64,000 nt of DNA from positions 496,001-560,000 of the forward strand of contig CDLV01000018.1 in assembly GCA_001244265.2 (NCBI GenBank), written 5' to 3'. The DNA comes from Microbotryum violaceum (Eukaryota). Below, one piece after another: positions 50,519 through 62,906 of this stretch (within the stretch, counting starts at the first letter, position 1; the number at the start of each line of letters is the position of its first letter). Position numbers and translations under genes: made by a program. A model generated the notes under the pieces. It ran no database searches and had not been told where the DNA came from. It worked only from the letters and a program-made list of their open reading frames with translations.

Positions 50519-53500
50519 CTAGATCGAGCAAGAAGGATTGATAGCATGGACCTTGATGACGGGAGGACTTTTGGTCATGTCGGACCTGTGAAGAACGCGG
50601 CATGATGATTTATCAGTATTTGATGCGTGCAATGGAGCGAGCGTTTCGAAAGCAGCGTGCGAATAACACTCACGTGATGACGACCGGCACGGTCTGCAGT
50701 TCTCGAACGGTTTGGATACAATGCTGGTCACGGTCGGACAAGCCCTCGAATTTAAGTGGCATTCTGTTGAGACTCTTGAGCCTCTGACCGGTCATTCGAA
50801 GCGGTTGTTTCCTCTGGCCGTCCGCCGGCTCCTCGTCGTCCTCGTCGTCCTGCAACGACAGGGTGTCCAAAGGTGCGGTACGGTCAGTATTCCAATCGTG
50901 GTCAAATACAACGTCGAGCAGGTACTCACGTCGAATAATGCGCTCTCCGCCTTCGACTTTTTGTCGGCATGGTTGCCCAAGCCGCGCGCATGGAACTCGG
51001 CCTGGTCGCGGATGCGCAACAGGTGCTCGTCGTTGTTCTTCTCGGCGAGCCAACCCAGGACCTCGACGTTCTTCTTCCAATAGATCGACAGGCTGTTGTC
51101 GTGCTCGTCATATTGCGTCGACTCGGTCGGCATTTGATCCTGCAGTGACGATACGAGCGACGTGTGAGGTGCTGTCAGGGTCAAGAGGTAGAGCAGACAT
51201 CAAGACTTACAACATGAACCCTCTTCTCGATGCCAAACTCGACAACGAGGACGTCAAAGGCCTGGTCCAAGACACCGATCACGACAGCGGGTCGAATGAC
51301 GGGACCGTAGCGTTTCGTAAGGTCGTGGACGAGCACACAGAGCATCAAGTGCTGCGACTGCTCTTGCGCCAACTTGGCGTTCATTTTCTTGATGTTACAC
51401 ATCGACGCAATCTTGCTCACGGCCTCGACATCGAGTGAGAACTTGGGTTCGCCGACACTCACTTGCTGCGCCTCGTGCGCTGCTTCTTGAGCCGCCTGGT
51501 GCGCAAGGATCGCCTCCAATTGGCGATGCACGATCACGTCGGCGTACCTTCGGATCGGAGACGTGAAGTGCGTGTAGAGGGGCACGTTGAGCGCGTAGTG
51601 GGAGTACTTGGAGATGTCGAGCGTGCCCGTGCAAAAGTATTTGGCCTGTTGCATCGAACGCTTGCTGAGATGCTGCAGCGTTGTGCGAGACGCCTCGTCG
51701 GTGACTTGGTTGAACGAGTTCATCAAAGCGCCAGGTCCACTGCCATCCAGTTTGATACCCAATCGACCCATGCGTTCGATGAAGCCGTCCAGACGACGAT
51801 CAATAGGCGGTTCGTGGCGTCTCAAAAGTGCTTGGTCGGGGAGGGCAGTGGCGATCTTACGCGCAACGGACATGTTGGCCAACAACATGAACTCTTCGAT
51901 CAACTCGTTCGCCTCCTTGCGCACGTAGTGATCGCAGTCCTCTGGCTGGCCATCCTCATCGAGCTTGAAGGAAACCTTGACGTTATCGATCCGCAACGCG
52001 CCATTCTCGAAACGCTCCTTCTTGAGGTTGCGCGCAATCATGTTGAAGCGCTTGATGTCCTCGATCGCCTCGAGACGCTCTTGCTCGGTCTCGAACTTGC
52101 CCTGGATGAGGTCGCGACCCTCGAGCACCTCTTGGACATCGCTATAAGCGAGTTTGGCCCTCGAATTGATCAAAGTCTTGCCGAACCAGGTCGATAGCAC
52201 CTTGCCTTCGCGCGTCATCTTCCACACGACACTGAACGTCAACTTGTCGCTGCGCGGGTTCAAGCTGCAGAGCTCCTCGCTCAAAGTCGGGGGCAACAAT
52301 GGAACGGCGCGCTGGACGAGGTAAACGGTCGTCCCACGCTTACGGGCCTCACGATCGAGCGCGGTGTTGGGTCGAACAAAGTGCGATACGTCGGCGATGT
52401 GGACTCCGACTTCGAACGTGCCATCCTCGAGCTCGACCACGTGCAAAGCGTCGTCAAGATCTTTTGCCGTCTCGGGATCGATGGTGAAGACGCGCTGGTC
52501 GCGAAAGTCGCGGCGTACTTCGGGTTGCTGTTCGCGCTCGGGAATGGACCACCGAATGGGTGGCAAGCATTTGACGACGGCATCCGAGAAATCTGCAGAG
52601 AGAGTCCGGCTCAGCTCCTACATTTACAACGATCACCACTGAGATTAGAGATGAGACTGACCATCGTTACTAAAGTTGCAATTCTTCAGGAGCGCGTTCG
52701 TCTCGGCCTCGATATCACCAATCTCTCCCAACTCTTCGACCAAACCGCCGAAAGGGTGTAAACTAGATTTGGGCCAGCGCTTGATGCTGCCGAGGAACAG
52801 CCTCGAGGCGTACTTGTCCGGACACTCAATGAAATCCTCGGGCGCTTGATCGGTTGGGATTGCAATAAGCGGAACGCGCTTATCGGTTGGTCGGAACCAA
52901 ATGATCCTCGGTGCAGGGACGTGGTTGCCTCCGCCGCCGTACGGCTGCTGCTGCGAGGCGTTGCCTGATGACGGCGTCGAATTGTTGTTGCCCGAGCGAA
53001 GATCGACGCCCTCGCGTTCTCGGCGCTCCGACTCTTGCTTTTGCTGCGTCGCTGCAGAACTGGGCCGCAAGACACCCAGCATACCACTGAAAAGCTGTCC
53101 GGGTGCTCGCTCAACCACGGCAACGATGTGACCGGCATACTGAGGCTTCTGGTCGTCGTTGACCTCCTCGTCTTCGAACAAGAGCATACCCTGGCCCTCG
53201 ACTTCAACGTCGTCTTTCTTCTTGTCGATCTTGCGCAGATCGCGCGTCGCACGAGGGTCGTAACTAGCGTTCTCCTCCTTCTTGCGCTTCTTCTCCTCCT
53301 TGTCCTTCTTCGTTCCCCACACTTCGTCGACATCGAGGAGTTCGACGGCGACGAGATCGCCCTCCAACGCACGGTTGCGATCCTTGGATCCGCAGATGTA
53401 GATGTCGGAATCGAGCGTGTCGGTAGCGACGTACGCGTCGGAACGGTTCCTTTTGTTGACCCTCAAGGTCCCGATGACCAACTTGCCGGCCTGGACCAAA

Positions 53501-55257
53501 GGCGGGATCGAGGCTTGAGGCAGATAAGGAGCGAACAAGGTCTTCCTCGCCTGATTGCCCTGCTGGTTGTGTTGACCCGGTGGGGGCAAGCCACCGCCGT
53601 AGGATGCCATCGCTAATTGACCCGGTCCTTGACCCAACGTCGACATCCCGAACGAGGGGACGCGAGCGTGACCCGCCGAAGCTCGATAAGCCGCTAGCTG
53701 TTGAAGATGTGCCGACGCCTCGGCGAGGTTCGCCTGATGTTGACCCGGTCCAGTGAAAGACGCTTGCCATCCTCCGAGCGAGGACATGCTGCCGCTCTGT
53801 CGCCGTTGGTGGCCACAGGCACGACCGGCTGACGCCTGGTCGTTGGAGGTGTTAAAGTCGAGCCTCTGCTGGTTGCGATCGTTCATAGAGTTGTGATTAC
53901 CATCTTGGGCATGGTTGGGGAACTGGAAGCTGCTAGAGAGAGTTTGTTGATCAGGCTGCCCCGTAGGCTGCTGGTGCTGTTGTTGTTGTAGGGCCTTGGT
54001 GTTGACCGAGTGGCGGCGCCCATGGCCTTTTGGCAGACCAGCCGCAGAGGAGTTGCCCGACGCCGCAGAGGCCGAGCCAACGATGGGCCCAGCATTGAAC
54101 GAACCCATTTGGCCAAAGGAGTTCGCACCGCCACCGCTGCCGAACGAACTGAAGGCACTCTGGCCACGTCGATGGCTCGGAGGTGGGTTCGAGGTCGCGA
54201 TGTTGACCGGCACTGGTTGCGTCGGCTCCACGCCGGAAGCGGCTTGGAGCTGCTGCTGCTGCATGTCACCAAACCGTGCCAAGAGTTGTTCTTGCTGAAT
54301 GCGCAGATTCGTCAATTGCTGTTGGATCGCCAGCTGCTCGCTCAGGAGCTCGCTGGCCTGACTCGCCACGCCGGTTGCGGCCTGCTGTTGAGCGGTCTGT
54401 TGCCCGAAAGAGCCTTGCAATTGTGCGGCTTGCATTTGAGCGTACTGTTGTTGCGTCGAGGTTGCGGGAGGGAACGAGAAGCCAAATCCTCCCACTCGTG
54501 CACCATTGCCACCGGCGCCCAAGCTTTGAGCAGCCGCGAACCCGCCGACGAATTCGGCCCCGGGTCCGATCGCATCCATGGCAGAGAAGTCGGCGTACTG
54601 TCGTGGAGCTGCTGCTGCGGCACCGGCACCGGCACCGGAACCAGTTTTGGTAGCTCGAGCGATCGCGGCGGCGGACCTCGGGACGCCTTCCATCAGGTCA
54701 AAGTGGGTCGCCGTCGGTGTGACGAGCGATTCGTCGAGTGAGTCATGGATGGGGCCCAGCAGGTTGGGCTGGAAGCCGCCGGCTTGCGGGTTCAGGCTCG
54801 ATGACAAGGTCTGGATCATCGGAGCTGACGCCGGTGGGGTCGTCGACGACGCTTGGTTCTTGCGGTGCGGTCCCCCTCCGCCACCAGCTTGTTGACGTTG
54901 GCGTGCTGGCGAGTTCGAGTTGGAGCGGGGTTGGTTCTGGTGACCCGAACGATTGGTGACCGAAGCTTGTAGGGAAGAAAATTCGGACGAAGGTGAATCC
55001 TGGGGCTTAGATATGATATTTTTGGTACTCGCCATACCTTGACTTGCGTTGGCCTGGCCATTGTTGGAGGCTCGTCCCGACTGTTTTTCTGCGTTGCTGC
55101 GACTGCCCTTGCGAGAGTGGGGGGCCGATCCGGCTCCCTTGTTGGCGGCGACGTTAGGACTGGACGATGAGGTGGATGGGGTCGTCTGCTTGGGTGTGGC
55201 TGAGCCGGTCCTTTTCTGTGTGTTTGTAGGCGGAGGTGTGACGCTTTCTTCGGTCAT
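50519..55257 (-). CDS. SSD1: Ssd1/Dis3L2-family RNB (RNase II) protein with Q-rich N-terminus
   Basis: RKTLFAPYLPQA, G.LRVNKRNRSDAYV, ICGSKDRNRALEGDLVAVEL, IWFRPTDKRVPLIAIP, TIDPETAKDLDDALH, HYALNVPLYTHFTSPIRRYAD. Confidence 0.93.
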
Positions 55258-56714
55258 GATGCTGTAGGCGAGATGAATGGAGCTCTCGTTCGTCAGTTCG
55301 GGCACACCAAAGTGGATGTCTCAAGTGGGGTCGTCAGACAAAGAGGCCCTATCGCCGTCTCGGGGCGGTGGTGTATCGACGTGTCAAAGAGTCACCAGAG
55401 AATCAATGCTGACTGGCGTCAGACCTATGATCCACCTATGTAGCTCGTGATGGCGTGACAACAAGCTCGCGATAGGGTATAGGGTGCGAGCGACCGAGGT
55501 GACGTGGACGCGTGCGGGGAGGCAGATGGTGGGTGTGGCGTCGAAGGCGGTCGATGCGGAAGCAAGATCCGCTGACAGGCTTTGAACGTCCCACTCACCC
55601 TATAAACGATCCGTTCGTATTAAGACGAAAGAGATAGGCGTAGCAATCAAGTCGACAAAAGAAGACCGAGTTCCTGAAAGGCGTTCAGTTCGGGTGAAAG
55701 CGAGCTAGCTATAACTAAATCCAAAAGTGGGGGCGATCCGTGCGCGTCGTGGGGCTGACGACGACCTGGGGAAAGGGAAACCGGCGCGACGAGGGCGAGG
55801 TGCAGGGAAACGACACGATGCAGCGTGTTCAGTACTAGCGCTTCAGATGGTGCATTGTGAGCAGAGGTGTTACGGTCGTCAGCTCGAGGGGCGGTGCAGG
55901 AGCTGTGCGAGGTAGCGTGACTGAGCTGGGAGCGCTCAGGAGAGAACGCGCGTAGTCGTGGCAGCGATGGTTGGAACTCGGCTCGTGCGACCCAAGAAGG
56001 GAACGCAATGCTCCCACCGATCGACGACCAGATTGAGGACTCACCTCGTGGATAGTCACTAACGAAGGGAATGGATGTGAGCAGCCGACGCAGCGACTCG
56101 GAAAGCAAAGGTGCGTTGGGACGTGGAACCTATTCGACGGCGAATGGTGCTAAACTGAGCCCGGCGCGGAGTTGTAGTGGCGCAAGTCGCGCGCGCGCTG
56201 AGGGTGGCCCCAAATGAACAGAGGTGCCACCTATGCGGGTCAAAATAAGCCTAACAAATATACTACCCCGCGCGCGGCGAGTTTAGGGAGCTTTTTGAAG
56301 ATTTGGCCCAGGAAAACGTTGGTGCGGGCTAGGTGCACCATTGCCCTGCCAACCCCCAGCCCCCGGAGGCAAAAGTGGTCACTAATCCGGGCACTTGCTA
56401 CTTATCCCCGCTCATGGTCCATCTGCCTCAGCACCACGAGTTCCCCCCACTTCCCTCCAACCAAGGCCTTGCAGGCTCGCACCCATCGCTTCAAGCATGG
56501 ACATCCTACCACACACACCACCACCTCTACAACCTCGCTCAGCATCGCCAGTCGGAACAGAGAAGGGAAAACGCACTGACAAGACCAAGCGCAAGAAGAG
56601 AGCACGACCGTGAGGAGGAGGAGGAGGAAGAAGGTGATCAGCAGCAACAAGGACACGTTCGAGAATGGGGCCACGACGTCGGTCGGAACGGAGGAGGAGG
56701 CGAAGACGAAGAAG

Positions 56715-59700
56715 ATGAAGAAGAGGAAATTATGGACCAAGCGAGTACGGAAAAGGGAGCCATCGTTGTCCCCGGATAGCGAGCTGTTCGACAAGGCGTT
56801 CGGCTTCAACTTCGGTATTTTTCGCTCTCCAACGAAGAGGCGTCCGAAACGTCAGCCGGGCCCTCCCCTATCACCATCAGTCCAGAGGTCAACGCGTCGT
56901 CGGAAGGAGCATTCGGAGAAATCCATTGCCGGCCTCCACAAATCATCGTCCGAGGCTTGGACTGACATTGCCGATGGCGCAACGGCGTGGCCTCTAGACA
57001 CCGAGACCGGCGGCTTCGAGCACGACTTCGAGCCCCACAGCGCGCCCGACTTTGAGCCCGACTACGACTTCGGTCGCGATTTCGGCGGTGGATACTCATC
57101 TGGACCGGAGCATTCGCCATTCCACCCAGACGGTGCTTCTCAAGACCAAGCGCCCTCTTCCCTTAAGCGATCGCAGATCGAGAGGAACGCCAAGAAGCAG
57201 CGCAATCGTCGCCGGAATGCGAGGGCCGAAGCTAAGACTAGGGCGTCAAAACGAGCTGAACTTCTCCAGGCGTACCTATTAATGAATAAAAAGGCCAAAG
57301 AAGTGCTTCGACAGAGCGGGTTTGTCCCTTCCTCGGACGACGAGGGGTGGTGCGACGCATGTCATGAACGCCGAGTCACCAGAAAGTTCCGGGTTGTCGA
57401 CCTGTTCTTTGCAGGTAAGTGCTTATGTTGCACGTATTTTGTCAATCACCCTTACGCTATCGTCTTGGACTGGTTTTATATCCCCCAACCATGAGCAGGC
57501 GTGCGAGAACTACGATACTGCCCACGCTATTCCGAGATCCAAACCCTGGCAGCTCACGGTCTTCTCCCGACGTCGTCATCTTCAATCCGAAAAAGAGAAG
57601 GCATCACCGCATTCACCTTTCGCACGATCGAATATCTCAACACCTACTGGGGGGTAGATCCTTTTGGTATCTATGACATGTCCGAAGCGCTCATTCTCTT
57701 TTGGTCCTCTAAATTATCCTCGGAGGATCCTTTTAACAAGGTGGGCTCTGGACAGGGTCAGGCCGGTAACATTCACTGTTTCTTACAGAAAATATTGGAA
57801 GCTTCCCAGGGTCCAACCGTGCGTCAGCATCTTCAAGCCGCAATGGATGAATATCGATTTATGCAACAGCTGCAGGTAACTTTGACCGCCGAATTTATCG
57901 GCCTCTCCCGCGCGAGCGTCTGGCCGACGTTTGTCCGGCATGTTTTGGGCCTCGGATCGATGAAGCCGGCAAGAGCGAGAATGACCTCGATGTCATCATT
58001 GCTGTCGACGGCAATTTTCAGCATCGACGATTCGCGCGGGCAACTGCTGATCCTCTCAAGTCACGTCCAGCGTTATTCCTGTCACCAGACAAGATTCGAA
58101 ACGAGCAAGCTTTGATCGACGGATCGACTGAAGCGGGCGAGCAGAGGTACCTTGGTGCTGCTGGTGTCGGGTCACCCGAACCCAATAATGCGTTGACCCG
58201 ACTGTCTGTGATTGCTAAACGGGCTATTCTATCATATAGGACGAATGCACAGCGAACTGGAAGGCCGCAGATGGTGGTGTGACCTCCGCTTTGTCAAATG
58301 TAGTAGCCGACACAGGCCTCGTTGCTGCAGTGTGCCGTCATGATCATTGCCTGCGACTTTGCAACCTTCATCAATCAGGTGAAAAGTATGTGTGGACCGG
58401 CCATCTGTGACTCCAGGCAAGGACACTAATAAGCGAGTTTGGTCTACCGCAAGTTAGTATATCCCGTGTCGCTGTTGAAATGGATTCTCGAAGAAGTTGA
58501 AGTCGGAGAAACGGATTGTACTACGGGACCTGCGCGTACCAGTGACGCTACAAACGTCGGATCCAGCTCGGGATCGAGCTCCCACCAAAGTTCGAGTCAG
58601 GATCGAAGTCGCGTTGGAGTCGCGTATGATATCGCCTGCAACTTATCGTCGCACTTACGCCGTGTGAGTTTGTTCGTGACACTCAGCCTGAACATTGGCT
58701 TAGTCCGTAGCTGAACAGCTCATCTCTCCCCGGTATGCGCAGCGCAATCTTCTGGCAGACCACTTACCGCGTCTAGAATTTGCTCTCTCGTCGATACATG
58801 CCTATGCGCACAAGTGGTCCTGCCAGGTTGACTTTGATCCGCGCTTTTTACCCAGTTTTGGTTTGACTGATGCCAAGGGAGCCGAGCGCTTGTGGTCGCA
58901 GCTTCGAGGCATGATACCCATGAATCGATCATCCAGTGCCTCCCATCGGCTGGAGAACATCAATCGTCGAGCGTCTGCTTATAACAAGCAGCATCTGGCC
59001 GAACTTGGTTCGCCTAAGCGTCCAGTCTTTCATGCACTACCTTACCATGTCGCTGATCTTTGGCGTATCGATCATGCCCAGTGACCAAACTTAATTCTCG
59101 ACTCAAAAACGCAATCAAGCTCAAGGCCGAAGCCGACAGAGTCATTGCTGAGGTCGTTAATCGCTCCGCCGAATGGACGGTCGCTACCCTCCTTGAACAA
59201 TGACACGCGCAACGTGCAGCGTCCAAGCAGATCCCTCTGAAAGAGCAGCGCAAAGAGGTAGCCGAGATGCGCAACGTCATGTTCAAGCTTGAGCTGATTA
59301 ACAGAGACATCGCAGCATGCCGGTGGGTCTGAGCTATCGTCGTCGTTTGGGAGTGAGACACGAACCGGTAACCTAACTTCGGTATTCATTTTTCGATTGC
59401 TACAGGGAAGACCTAGCCTGCGTGAACACCATAGATACGAACAAGCTTATAGAACAGTCGACTCAACTTCAGCAGCTGGCCAAACAACGGCAGGTTCTTG
59501 ATGATCGACTGAACTCCTTACGCACGTCGGACATAAACATCAGTGTCCTGGACCCTGGTACGTCACTCCCTTCTTCCATTCTGACCCTCTGGTGTGATCC
59601 CCGTTGTCCTCGCTTAAATATTTCAATACCTTTGATTGGCACGGACTAGGAATTTGCCTGCACATTGATTATCGCATCTCGCTCGCTGTGGGACTTGGTC

Positions 59701-60666
59701 GTACAATATCGACAGGGAGCTGAGAAGCTGCGGCTCCCGTGCCTAGGCGGTAAAGCCCTCGGTAGGAAATCCATGGTACGAGTCTTCTGCGCCGGCAGAA
59801 GGAACGCTGATGTGTAGCAATGCCAGCTCATAGGTACGAAAGCGGCTGGTCTCCTGGTCAAGAATCTTAATTATTTGCGTTCAAGACTCATGAAGGCAGT
59901 GGCGATGTATAACGACGAGGTGAAAAAGTATGCTGCCATCCTCGCCAATTCTGAGGATTCCCATTCGATCTTGAGAACCCGAAGGGTACCGCCGTCAGCC
60001 CCAGAGGATCTCAACGAACTGCTCAAACTTGATATCTTGGCGCCGCTCTGGAACAACGGATTATATAGTCATCCCACTGAGCCGTGGGCCTACGATGATG
60101 ATGTTCGTGTCGGCATTCCAGCAGTATTGTCTCGCGCAAGATGCCAGCAAGAAATCAAGCGACTTGGATGGGAAGTGCGTCGCATTGGACGGTGGCTGAT
60201 AAGCCGTCGCAAGAGGTTTCAGCAAGTTCGCCAGCAATCACTCCAACGAGATGAGCAGGATGACTCTGCGATGATGATGCTCGAGCAAGAAGAAGAGCGT
60301 CTTAGAAATATTGCGCGCCGATGGTTTTCGAAGGGCGGCCTAGATCACCTGTGGGAATGCACCCGGCAAACCGGCGAACCGCAAGTGGAGGAGTGGGTCG
60401 AGCTTCGAATGTGGTGCACCGACGACGTTGATGTTTTTCAACGAACCACAGCGGGTGGCTTGCCGGATCACACATGGCCAGACTGCATCAATGATGGGAT
60501 GGTCGGAGAGTCAGACGACATCACCACGGATCATGACACCCTTCTTGACATCAGTGATCATTCGAGCGATGATCTGAGTCATCATTCCGTCGACACTACC
60601 GATTACGGCGCCTTCAGTGACGAGATCAACGAGAACTTTGATGAAGACGATGGCGATGTTTTTTAG
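56715..60666 (+). mobile_element. KDZ (Kyakuja-Dileera-Zisupton) transposase with CxC1-like Cys cluster, ~9 introns, inactivated
   Basis: WCDAC...VVDLFF...YC...LAAHGLLPTS...TAFTF (CxC1-like); CPACFG, IAVDGNFQHRR, CTANWKAA, DTGLVAAVCRHD, GEK, YDIACNL, HAYAHKWSCQ, FGLTDAKGAERLWS, EPWAYDDDVRVGI; frameshift at ~57908 and in-frame TGA at 59201. Confidence 0.92.
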
Positions 60667-62739
60667 GGGATTTGATATTGATCATATATAGTTGCAGTCT
60701 TTTGCCCAGTTGCTACTTGCACTAGTAAAGAGATCAATGATGCGTTCATTTCGCTAGTAATTCTACCCGTTATACGTCGCTTCGCCAGGAAGTGCAACAA
60801 GAGCGATCAGACATCCAAGACCCGGCATCGCTAAATCGCTCGATCTTGCGGTGGCTCGCCTAATGTCGCTCGAGTAAAGCTGGCAGCCGGAGCCCAACAC
60901 GACCGGTAAGATTTAGAAGAAGAGCGCGTTACACTGAGGGAGTGAACACAAGCGTCCATTGCATCTTTTTTGCACTGACTGCACTGAGATCTCCTACATG
61001 TAGACCGCGCTCCCTGCCAGTCAGTCACATGCGCAGTCCGTGTCGTGCCTTGGGTGACACTTCCCAAACAGTCAGCAGGGATTGCAAAAGTACTTATTAT
61101 ATTCCAACACTGCCGACTACATTTTGATGTATACTTGAACGAAGTCCTGATCCAGCTCACAGTCCCAACGTCGTACAAAGGTCTTCTGTGGTGTTGCCAC
61201 GGCCACTCCGAGGCTCACACTCGCCCAGCTCCGTAGTGTTTGCCTCGGCACTTGGTTGATGACTTTTCAAACGCAAGGACCAGAAGTTGATCACCCCTAA
61301 CAGTCTTTTTCTGTATTATGTAATGAGTTATACATTGGTGGCACTTTAATGAGCTCTTTGCTAAGTTGCTTATAGCCAGCGTACTGCTTTGTCGCAATTC
61401 CTTCCTGCGTAGTTCACACGCTCACTGTAATCTCGATGCGAAGTACGTCATCACGGGCGCTTGCGTTTTAACAGTCGAACTGCAGCAAGTCATAGTCACC
61501 CATACCCAAAGTATTGTGCTATATTTGACTGAACAAAGCCACGAGGGAGTCAGACTCACCTTGACACACCCCTTGCTCTGTCGTTGCTCTACGTTTTCTC
61601 ATCGCGTTAGGCGGCTTGAGAGTTCTGCACGCTGTTGTGGCCTAGGCCTCCTTCTAATATCGACCGACCGACTGCCCTGCCGTGGTTTTCGGCGATGGCA
61701 GGTCATATAGTCTTTTGTGACACCAATCAGGGTTCAAACTCAAGGTGGACAACACGTCGTGTTGGAGTCAGACTGAAAGTACCCAAACCGGGAGGGTGTT
61801 TTCAAAGTTCTTTTCGACGGGACATACCGTCTTGTCATCATTGTGATGGTCATCTTCTTGGTCTTCAGTTGGGTCTTATAGTTGCGACGATGGGTGAATT
61901 CAGGATGGGACATGAAAAGAGAGGTCGAGCTGTCGTCTGACCTCTGTATTGCAGTCCCACCGAATGCCCTCACAGTTGTCCACCGTCCGGTTTTGCGGCG
62001 CGCAGGCAGTTAAGGGTTATGCAGTGGCAACCGGTTCGACCTGAAGGTGAAGTCAGATTGTATCTAAGGGAAGAAGACAACGGTAGGCCAAAAGGTCAAA
62101 CAGACGTGTGCAACGAGACCCGGTCAATGGTACGGTGCCTTCGGACGAAGCATGGATACATGGATATGATAATGATTAAGAGGGATCGGTTCGCAAGTGT
62201 GTTTGAAACGGGAGGCGCAAGAAACGGCGATGAGGTCGAAGTTGGAAAAGGTGTATGGACATTTGGTTGTACATCACAAGTTCAGAAGAAGAAGAAGAAG
62301 AAAGAGGAGATGCGTCGGCCGAGAGCTATTCTAATTTCGTTGACCCAAAGGTAAATAGATGCGCAGAGATGTCGCCTTGCCTGGATGCGAGCGCCACACC
62401 GTTGTGCTGCGGCCCATGCGGTGCGCCCCGAGTCCTTGTAGGACAAAGGTGGGGAACGATTGGTTGTGAAGAAAGACTCCAGTGTAATCTCTGGAAGGGG
62501 GGCCGTAGATGAACGGGATGCCGGCGCCCGGAGCACACAGGGGCCCCCGGGCCTTGACGTAGGAAACGGTCCGCTGGGGGGGGGTCGAGTATGCCCAGTG
62601 ATCTAGGCGGAGCCTGACAGAATGAGCGTTCTGATGGTATTGATTACAATCCTGTTAAGATTAATTGCCACAATCAAGATGGCAGCTGAGACGCTGTATG
62701 CGTGCATGACAATCATCTGAAACTAAACTCAAGGATCTA

Positions 62740-62862
62740 CACTGAAAGACGCGTCACTGAAAGACGCGTCACTGAAAGTCGCGTCACTGAAAGACGCGTC
62801 ACTGAAAGACGCGTCACTGAAAGACGCGTCACTGAAAGACGCGTCACTGAAAGACGCGTCAC
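62740..62862. repeat. Minisatellite: 8 x 15-bp CACTGAAAGACGCGT
   Basis: Eight consecutive units, with one substitution (GTCGCGT) in unit 3. Confidence 0.97.
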
Positions 62863-62906
62863 AAACCACAGAGACATAACAAATATCGGTCATCTTGCAG
62901 ACCGAC

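Noticed and set aside
62740-62862. CRISPR-like array, or the VTERR-repeat ORF 62702-62917
   Set aside because: No spacers and no cas genes in this eukaryotic context; the ORF is a by-product of the 15-bp repeat.
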